A DNA stretch of 64,000 nucleotides from Antedon mediterranea. Its lineage: Eukaryota > Animalia > Echinodermata. The stretch's first letter is position 1, and every line of letters starts with the position of its first letter. The stretch lies in assembly GCF_964355755.1 (NCBI RefSeq), contig NC_092680.1, positions 15,013,045-15,077,044 on the forward strand, in the 5' to 3' direction. Both the position numbers and the translations under genes were made by a program. This document shows positions 54,170 through 64,000 of the stretch, one piece after another. The notes under the pieces are model-generated. The model had not been told where the DNA came from and searched no databases. It saw only the letters and a list, made by a program, of their open reading frames with translations.

Positions 54170-57100
54170 TTTGTCATTATCATTATCATCACTATAATCA
54201 CATCCAATGATTTGTATTTTATCATATCATTATTTAAAATCAATCAATTTTTCTTAGTAAAACCAATTACGAAATCGTCAACAATTGACTGTGATTTTGA
54301 AGACAATGAAATGTGTGGTTACATTCAAGAAGAAACAGGTAACAAGTGGAGACGGTTTCAAGGCCCAACACCGTCACGTGGTACTGGGCCAGGCAACGAT
54401 CATACTTTAAATACAACAGAAGGTGAGGTTCAGGACTGATTATCGACTTTTTAATCCGATGAACGTAAAACGTTCATGCCACGTGGGTGGTGGTCGACTG
54501 ATAAAAGTTCATATGTAAATAGACGTTTCGAATAAAGTTCACATAATATTCTCCACCATGAATTTGGAGTGTTATGACGACACGTCTACTCGTATATTAA
54601 GTCAAAGAGCGAATAAAAAAATGCCACTGATCACGTTCTCAAATTTGGCATGCGCAAATCCTGAAAATGACGACATAGAGTATCATTCGACATTGGACGT
54701 GCAAATCAAGAATGTTCTTGCTTCATCAATTTATTCGAAAAGTCACTAAATTGATATATACAAATAGCAGCCGATTCTTGGTAACTATTTCCGAAGTATA
54801 ATAGAAATATTGGTAATACAACATGTTTTTCACATGTACATAGTAGGTCTAGTAACGTAACACTTAAATCTTACATGTTACAGGCACCATGGCACCACAT
54901 ATGATATAAAACAGATGCTGTATTACCAAATATTCCTATGATACTTCGGATAGATACTATCTATCCGTGATATATATTAACAATTATGATGTGTATAATA
55001 TTCGAGTATTTGGCAATACACAAAAATGAAAGTAATCTTTAATTGGATTAAGGACATTACATATACGTCGAAGCATCGGAGCAAGACAGAACAGGAGAAT
55101 ACAGTAAAATCAGCACTCCAATTTTCAGACATGCCGATGGACCAATGTGTCTTCGATTTTGGTATCACATGCAAGGAGAGAACATTGGCAGTTTGACAAT
55201 TCGATATACATTCAGGACATTTTTCAGTTATGTAACTAGGGTTCTATGGACTAAGACAACTCGTACTTCTGGCTGGACACTTGGTACGGTTGATCTTCAA
55301 AACGAGATAACAATGTACGATGACCACCTACAGGTATGTTATCTATATCTAACGTTATAAGTAACTTTGAATTAAAGTATGCATTTATACTGTAAATCTC
55401 AACGGAACTGTATTATTGAAAGAAATGCCATGGCTATTGTATTATATGAAAATATTATGTAATTTATAATTGTAGAAACAACATTTGTTGATTTTCACTT
55501 CTTTCGCTCCCTAATTATGCAAAACTTTTTTATCACTGTGGGCTAATATAATAAAGTAATTTGATACCATTGCATTTTCTGATTGCAGTTTGAGTTTTCA
55601 GCGTTTATTTCTGGTGGACATAAAGGGGATGTTGCTCTTGATGATATTACACTTGTTGATAATGTATGCAATCCACCAAAACCTGCAATTACATATTCAC
55701 ATTGCCAATTCAATAGTCAGCCCAACAAATGTAACTACAGGTATTATCTCCCAAATCATACGTGGTATCCATGGAAACATCAATATGCATCATGGCATAT
55801 AGGCAGTAAAACATCAATCGGTATTTCTAAAGGTACAGTGTCTTTTTATCTTGATATCGTTATGTCAGATGAATATGTAAACTTGTACCTGTAAACAATA
55901 TATAAAGTTAATAAATAGTATTTTGTGGATTGTGACCTTGACCTTTGACCCTTTCTCAAAACTAAACTACTCATAGATGATGAATCATAGATCATAGAGG
56001 TAGAGTTTGGCGAGATTCATAAAAAAAATGACGGAGGTAAATAATAAGAAATAGTATTTTCTAACCTTGACCTTTGACCCTACCCAAACTCGACGCGATT
56101 TTGTGTCATAGGTCATATTATGGCCAAGCTTGGGAAGATTTTGATTTAAACTGGCCACAAACACATCCAAACAAAAATATACTCAAATATTTACTATATA
56201 CAACAGACAAGTAAACTATTTATATACACTTGATCTTTTTTAGGTGTTAATTCCTTCTTATATGCTGACATTGACCAAGAAAACAAACATGTAGCGATTG
56301 GATCTCCTAACTTTGAGTACGCCGAACGGTATTGTCTACAATTGTTTTATATAATTAAAGAAGATTTTAGTTTGAAGATTCATGTTAATTATTCGTCTAC
56401 ACAAACGTTAATGACTTCTCTTAAGCGGCAAATGGCACCGTCGTGGACTAAATATTCACTAGAGTTTGAGCCAGTAAAACCAGATGAACAGTTCTCGGTA
56501 AGTATAGTGTAGCTGAATGGCATGGCCGGCATAAACATGTGTACGTCCATGGATGATACTTATAGTAGGCAAAATGGGGAAATACATGTTTCTTTAGAAG
56601 TGAAACTGAATGGAAAGAAGGTTAACATGTTTGGACCTGTTAATTAAAGTAATGTGTTTCAAATGCCTTTAAACCCTTGGGTTTCGAATCGTTCATTAGT
56701 ATAGTACTATTATATTATTATTGTTATAATTTCCATTACCTATGTTATTGATAGATAATGAATATTATTATATAGCATGTATAGTTTTGTAACTGAACCA
56801 CAAATTGAATAGTATTTTCTTGACTATAATTTTATTTATTTGTCTAGATTATGTTTGAAGCCAAAATAGGCCATGCGATCAACGGATTTGTGGCAATAGA
56901 TGACGTCATGATCAGCAAAGGACACTGTCCAAGTAAGTAGGCCTACTTTGTAAACATCACTGTACGAGATACTAACAAGTTAGTGTGGTTGCCACATTAC
57001 CTGAATTAATATTCCAGATGAATAATGTAATAACTTAAGGGTATTGTTTATTTATATTCTTTTTCAATATAAGTACCGGTCGTGGATAATATTGACTGTA

Positions 57101-60100
57101 ATTTTGAAAAAGATTGTGAGTTTTCTACCAATATATCGCTGGCTAATGGATGGCAATTATCAAATAAAGAGACCCACCAACATAGAATGCTACCAAATAT
57201 TGACAATACGTATGGAACACCTTCAGGTAAGTCATATTGTTCTTTCATGGTAGCTGTGCAGTTTGGAGTTTAGTAATAGGCCTACTTACCTACGAATGCA
57301 TGTCACGATTCTAAAAGAAGGAAAGCAATAATGAATGATAAAAGCTGTGCAAGTGAAACGTTTGACTCAATCCAGCAATGCTAAAAATGAGATTCAGTAT
57401 TTAAAGCCCTGTCAACACTACCAAACTCGTTCGGCAAAAAAAGTTTGATGTGTCCAAATAAGGTAGTGATATGACGTCATCGTGTCCATATATAGGCACA
57501 TCACATTTTGTTTTGGAACATAACGTTTGATAGTATAGATAGAGCTTTACAGATTTGCTAGATTTTTCGTAACTTACCATTCGATACATACTAATACGTT
57601 ATATTTCCTGGTTTCAGGTCATTACTATTTTATCTCATTTCGACATACTCAACCACAAACCGAAAGAAATTTTCTTCGTGCACCAGTAGTAGAGATGACT
57701 ACGAATAAACGCTGCTTACAGTTTTATTTTTATATGAATTCAAACGCTATATCGGCTCTTAATGTTTACATCGATGATGCATCAATTGAGCGCTTTCCTT
57801 CGGACCCTATATGGAATTCTATAGGCAAGAAAGGCAACCAGTGGAATCGCGTTCAAGTAGACATTGGACATCCTAAAGGGAACTATTCGGTAAGTATTAT
57901 ATTTCTAAGGCAATCAAACAACAGGACTCTAATCTCACCTTGCCGATATAGGAACAGTCCTGTTATTTTATGTCTGGCTGCGACAAATACCAACAGTACT
58001 GTAGTGTACAATGTACATATTCTCCGCGGCGCGATGTCTGTTAAGGGACGTCGAACTAACCATGTCACAGCCACAACGGCACAGATCCGTTTTTAATAGA
58101 GGGGGAGGGAGAGAGGGGTGTATCAAAATGAAATACTTTGCGAGCAAGGGCCTTGATCGCCCCTGGAAGCCCGGCTTTTTTTTAAAAAGTAATGTATAGG
58201 TAGTTTCAATTGATTTCTGATTACATACAATTTTCGCCCGGAGGAATACAATTATTTCAGGTTACGCACTTTTTAGGCACTGCTACTGATGCACCACTGG
58301 TTATATATGATCTTTTCTTCTTAGATACTATAATTTCTGAAATTGTATACGATACGTCATGCATGTCATAGGAGTCTTACTTTCTATTTTATTTCAACAA
58401 TTTAATGATTTTGCTGTTGAAAAGTGAGGGGAAAAATCAATAAAAATATACGGGGGTGGGGGGATGTCTTCCCCGTTCCTCATGATCTGCATCGGTTTAT
58501 TCTCCGGAGCTCAGCCTTCCTGTTGTTAGATTGTCTTGTTCTAATCAGCACAACAGTGTTCCCTCCATACTTTCTAAACTAACTCTCATACAGATCGATG
58601 TTGATTGTTGTTTGTTGCAGGAAAACTATACATTATGAAAAATATTTTAACTGAGGCACTGGCATAGAATTATAAGAACTGTACATTTTTGTTATTCGTT
58701 AGGTTGTATTTGAACCAAGATCCGATGGAGAACGTCACGTTGATATTGCAATTGATGATGTCGTCCTTTGGAACAATACATGTAGTAAAGGTAGTATACC
58801 AACATTCAATACATGTTTTCACGTTCGAATTAAACAATAGTTTTAAAGGTAGTAACACAATATTAATTCACACGCTTTTTTCTTAAACCCATTCATATCT
58901 TAAATCGATTGTATTGTTATACGCCATTATTATTATTGCATGTAAAATATGTACATAATAATATTGCTGTTATTGTAGTTACTGAACCAAAATGGACTTC
59001 TACTATTGATTGTGACTTTGAAAGTGAAAACATATGTGGGTATAAACATGAAAAAGCAGCACAATTTAATTGGACGCAAATTAGAGGAAAAACAAAAACA
59101 ACGAACACTGGCCCAATACAAGACCACACATATATGAGTAAAAAAGAAGGTAATTTCAATTCAACTATACTGTTAAAAATTAATAATTGTTTGGAATTAG
59201 GATCTTTTTTTTAAAACAAAAAATAGACCTATATTACCAGTCTGCTATCACATTTTAATCTGGATTCATGTGGTAAAATGGATATGTAAGCCAAAGTGAT
59301 CATGCATTTGACGTATATTATGTAACTTTTAGGTAACTATATGTACATTGAAACGTCACATCCACGGATACCACTTGACGCTGCAGAATTGTCTAGCCCA
59401 GTGCTACATCCATTTGCTGACGCCAAATGTTTACATTTTTGGTATCACATGAATGGAAAGTCAGTAGGTAGTTTGGAGGTGTACAGAGTAACACCAGCAC
59501 TTGCTGAAATAACGTTGTTGTGGACAAAAACTGGAGATCAAGGCGAACACTGGAATAAGGCAATTGTACCACTGAATACAAAAAGATACGATAGCGGTTT
59601 TAGAGAGATAATGGGCCATTCAATAAAGGTTAGGCAAATTAATAGTTCAATTTACAGTACAATAATATAGGCCTAGCTAGTACGTGTTTTTAACAGTTAC
59701 ATATTACCTTATAAAAAGTTATAAGATTATTCTGTATTTTTAACAATCAGATCTTTCATATTTTAACAATCAATTATTGGAATAATTAATCAAATCACAA
59801 AGTAGCCTACACACATTTCAACTATCATAGAGTTAAGGACAGATTGTTATGATTTTGCAGGTACATTTTAAAGGCATAGTTGGCTATGGTTATGAAGGTG
59901 ACATTGCAATTGATGACATTAAAGTCGTTTCTATGTCATGTGACTCTACTCAATCAGTTAATGAAACTATCTGCGACTTCGAGTTTGGAATGAAAGATTG
60001 CGGATTTGAAGTGAACATCAGTATTGACGAAAATATTCGGGATTGGACCTTCTTTAATGCTTCATTTGTTGATGGAAACCAAACTAAGTCAAATGATGAT

Positions 60101-61738
60101 ATTAATGTTGTATTGTCTCAAAGTAATGTACTAAACTTTCTTGAATTAGTATTTTCCATTTCACAACTGTTACTATGACGTTTCAGTCTGATTGAGTCTT
60201 CTTTTTATTTTATGATAATGAGTCAGAACAGTCTAATCTACAAATTATCAAATGTTACCGCATGTTAATAGTACTGTAAATCAATTTGAGGATTTGGATT
60301 ACCTTGTAATATGCTATATATTCAACAGTAAACATCAACAATGATATTGTTAATAAATATTATTTATTTAACTAAACTGTGTATATTTTTTTTCTAGATC
60401 AAAGTTCCTACATATTTGCCAAAGCATCAGAATTACAAACAGGTCAGCGTGTTGTATTAACATCACCAGATATCTCGGCTGGTTTGCATTACTGTCTACA
60501 CTATTCGTATGTCAGTACTGGTGATTCTATTATTAATATCTACACAAAGTCATCATCTGGAGGACTGGAGTTGGTCCACGTGTTACCCAGCATACACCAG
60601 TCAACATGGAGTAAACAAAGTGTTAGCTTGTTTACTCAGTCTGAAACTTTTACGGTAAATTAAAATTAGTTTTTCTCTTTCGTGAGGCGACCCACTTTTA
60701 TTTCGTTCGGAACTTTCAGTAACATTTAGAATTACAATCTTTTCTAAAAGTACGGTTTAAAATATCAATAAAATAACTATAAAATATACATTGCATTTTC
60801 TACAGTACATATCTAAAAAAAAAACAACCAATATTTAAAATATAATATACAGTATAGAGTTCATTGGTTGTTTAAAAGTTGAAAGTATGTTTAACTTAAA
60901 TGTTAGGTTGTGTTTGAGGGCATGGTCGGTCGAGAACGAACCAGTTTTATGGCTCTTGATGATATCATAATTCAAAATGGAAAATGTGATACAGGTTAGT
61001 CTTTCTACTATAATTATTAACTTTATTTTTTTAAATGTGAAACGTAAATGTTTCATATTTAAAAGAAAATATTTTATCCATTACTTGTGATACATAATAA
61101 TAGAGAGAAATGGAGAATTGATATATCAATATTACATTTATTTTCATACTATGGCAACTATAACTTTTGAATTAGTTAATTTTTATTGGTTTCTTTTGTT
61201 TTATCAAACCCTTGACACAAACGCATACTTTCCTATCTTATTTTATAATTCAATTTTAAACTTATTTAATTGTTTACCTTATTTATAAATAAAATGTATT
61301 CTATTTTGATGAATGAGAAACAATTATTGTAAATGAAATGCGATTGAATAAATGGCCAAAGAAAAAATACTTAACGTTGCAATGAAGGAGTGGAATTGTG
61401 GCTTGGTGGTTATGATGCTATATATAAATTTAAAACAAAGGGAAAAAAAAGGTACTGTTATGCACCTGTTTTTATTATGCTTTATTTTTCATTTTTCTGA
61501 TTCAGGAAGACCTGAAAAAAAGAAAACAACAGTGCGGCCAGAAGTAACTGAATCGTCGTCTCAGTTGACTGCCATTGTCTGTCTATCTGTGTTCTTTGCA
61601 ATCGTAATGATTCTTCTTGTTCTGTTATCGCTCTATCGTTGGAAATTTGTAAAGCAGCCAAAAGGCTCAGATAATACAAATACAGATGATAGATTAGTTG
61701 AAGAGCAAACATTGTCGTTTACAGAAACGAATAAATAG
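50174..61738 (+). CDS. Multi-MAM type I membrane protein, paralogue 3 (8 MAM + TM), 22 exons
   Basis: Approximate exons: 50174-50375, 51026-51288, 51388-51472, 51976-52131, 52302-52664, 52994-53167, 53370-53650, 54003-54084, 54258-54422, 55053-55333, 55589-55832, 56244-56497, 56849-56932, 57074-57226, 57618-57890, 58702-58790, 58979-59149, 59333-59627, 59861-60122, 60398-60655, 60907-60994, 61507-61738. Same motifs and intron positions as paralogues 1 and 2. Confidence 0.9.
54100..54200. repeat. (ATC/ATT)n trinucleotide repeat; similar (GAT)n tract at ~26575-26730
   Basis: Direct reading of the sequence. Confidence 0.85.
57404..57548. mobile_element. Small MITE; related copy at ~32166-32260
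   Basis: Ends TAAAGCCCTGTCAACACTACCAAAC / GTTTGATAGTATAGATAGAGCTTTA. The copy at 32166 shares AAGCTCTGTCTACACTATAAAC and GTCATATCACTA. Confidence 0.55.
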
Positions 61739-62194
61739 ACACGATGATTTATGTAAAATTAGCACCCTGGGAATTAGGATATTAAATCTATCAAAATAGT
61801 TTTTTTAGAAAATCGGCCTGTCTTCAACATTATGATACTGTACCCGAGCTGTTCAACTGGGTTTCAGCTATTAAAAACAATTATCGTAGGAGGAGATAGG
61901 AAAATGCGAAGCATCCTAGTATTCTTGTGTGAAGGTATTTTTCAAGAGGACATCCATTAGACAGTGTATACCACGATCGGAAAACACCCATATTTGGGGC
62001 AAATCGTTGAACCTAAATTCGTTTTAATTGTCAATAACTAATTATCTAACCCAATTTAATTAGTAAACAGGGTTACATCAAGTGGTTAAAATCAGTAACC
62101 GCGATTCTAACCAACTTTATATACCATCGAGTAAGCATTATAGAAATAACGCGCGATTTACCGAATTTCGCCCTTACGTAAATTTATATATAGA
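61709..62194 (-). mobile_element. Truncated, internally deleted Helitron copy overlapping the end of the paralogue 3 CDS
   Basis: ACATTGTCGTTTACAGAAACGAATAAATAGACACGATGATTTATGT matches 48657-48703. The right end GCCCTTACGTAAATTTATATATAGA is shared with the other copies. Confidence 0.85.
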
Positions 62195-63699
62195 TAGGTC
62201 GTACGTATACGGTTACGGAGGTTGCCCAAACTGCCTAATTATAGCATCCTCTTCGCGTGTTATAAAACCCCAATATTAATATTAATATTAATCTCAAACT
62301 AAACCAATGTATAAGAAGTAAATAACTTAAATGTATGGCTGACGTAGAAATTTGTCCAATTATAGTCATGCCCCAATTAAATATAGTACTGTTGATGCTT
62401 TTATTATTTGTTTGTTATTATTACTTTAATTTTGTTTTATCTGTATTTCATCATCGATGCACTCACCACTCCGTTCCAGTAAAATAACAAGAAAAGAATA
62501 TAATTTGCCTAATAAAGATTGCATTTGTTCAAGATGTAAAATGCATGTATTCAAATAAAAGAGTAATACCTAACCCAACTCACTACCCGTCGTTGTTGTA
62601 ATCATTCATGATCTCCATCAAGTCAACACATTCTCATCCTAATTATAAGACAATTAAACTTACATTACAATAAAAAAATTAAAGTATCATTCTAAACCAC
62701 CGATAACATTGTGTTTTCACTGGTTCGTGTTTTGTTTAACGATGATGATAGGAAATGTACCATCCCTTGGATCTTTACGTAAAGATTTATACTTTAAACC
62801 TGATTAAGAAAAGAAAAAGCTAAACCTTTTTTATGCAATTGTAAGAAGGTTAAAGTTAGCAATAGTAATGCTGATAGTGATTGTACAGTCTAGATTGGAA
62901 GACTAAGGGAATTAAGGCAATGCATTATGTGTTAACAAGACCTCATGTTTGGATGTGGTCTGTATGTAAAAAAATTACACAATGAGTTGAATGAGCGTAG
63001 ATAAATATGATATACAGTGATTTAATAGAACAAGTATTCATAATGACGGTTAAAACATATTAATAGAATAAAAAGAAACAAGAAAAAAAATATATAAAAA
63101 TAACAAATAACTATATAAACCCAAAAGTAAAATGGAAATTTAAATAAAAACTGATTTGATTGATTAAGATTATACATAAATACATTGTAGCTATTTCCTC
63201 CATGACTGTAGTACTACATCCACCATTCCGGTTTCTACAAATCACTTTAGACCTATTGGAACGTTCAAACTATACGACACATATTGAGGATAAGGAAACG
63301 ATATGATAGTGGTTCCCAAGTTGTTGAATTGTGATTAGAAATTATATAAACATTGAACCCGGATGAAGGGTGTATCTTTTCACCAATAGTACCTCTCTGT
63401 ACCGTTACTACAGCAAGATTTGTTTTATTATTATTCAGGACAAAAACAGTAATTAAGACTTTTAGTTTCAGGGTACCGAAAAGACTAAATATCAAAACTA
63501 CAATGAGTGAAAGGATAATTACACATAACTAGAAAAGAGGTGCCGTTTCAATTTAAAAGAAAAACTCTTCTTAGACAAAGCACTTTTTATATTAACTGGT
63601 ACGTTATCCTAGAGTTTAGGACCAGTGAACTTAATGCTATTTTTAAAAGAAGTAGTTTAAAAAAAAAGGAATACGTATTTGATTTGCGCTCCGGGTTTT

Positions 63700-64000
63700 G
63701 TGGTTATAAAAATTAAGATTGAAACTAAATAAATCATCAAAGTGTGATGGCAGGATCAAGTTTAGCCATGAATAAAGAAAACACTTTGTTGAAGATGGTT
63801 AATATCCTGAATTTTAAAAAGACCAATTGAGAAAAATAAAGGATTGGAATGGGATAAGGGAGGAGAATTTGCAATGTATCTTACGGTTTTCTTTTGGATC
63901 AATAACCGTTTGTTTTGGATATTTGGTTTTCGACTTGAGTAATCTGGTGTTTCCAATTTAGTTTGCTGTCTAGATAAACACCAAGAAATTTAGTTTTCTC
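63700..64000 (-). mobile_element. Degraded CR1/L2-group LINE RT C-terminal fragment
   Basis: IQKKTVRYIANSPPLSHSNPLFFSIGLFKIQDI resembles the LQKRAIR...HTxPLFKxLxIL motif of CR1/L2-group LINEs. Confidence 0.6.

Noticed and set aside
55930-56170. TGACCTTGACCTTTGACC nuclear-receptor-like direct repeats
   Set aside because: Typical of a common invertebrate interspersed repeat and absent from the equivalent intron of paralogue 1; no evidence of function.

Overview
AT-rich, intron-containing animal (invertebrate) genomic DNA. A deuterostome such as an echinoderm is a guess from the Deu-type SINE and repeat content; the species cannot be proven from the sequence. The window is dominated by three tandem + strand paralogues (ATG at 1607, 23231 and 50174). 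Each has 22 exons with matching intron positions and encodes a type I membrane protein of roughly 1,450 aa: signal peptide, eight MAM domains, one TM helix and a short tail. Between paralogues 2 and 3 lies an arylamine N-acetyltransferase (NAT) gene. Its ORF is split by a 2.44-kb Harbinger-like non-autonomous transposon whose terminal inverted repeats supply a GT donor and three in-frame AG acceptors, making it a candidate transposon-born intron. Introns and spacers carry a near full-length RTE LINE, four copies of a non-autonomous Helitron (one supplies the stop codon of paralogue 3), several MITEs and SINEs. Many TA-CAG/CTG-TA and TA-GGCC-TA micro-insertions look like transposon excision footprints. 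Exon coordinates were read by eye and may be off by a few bases.
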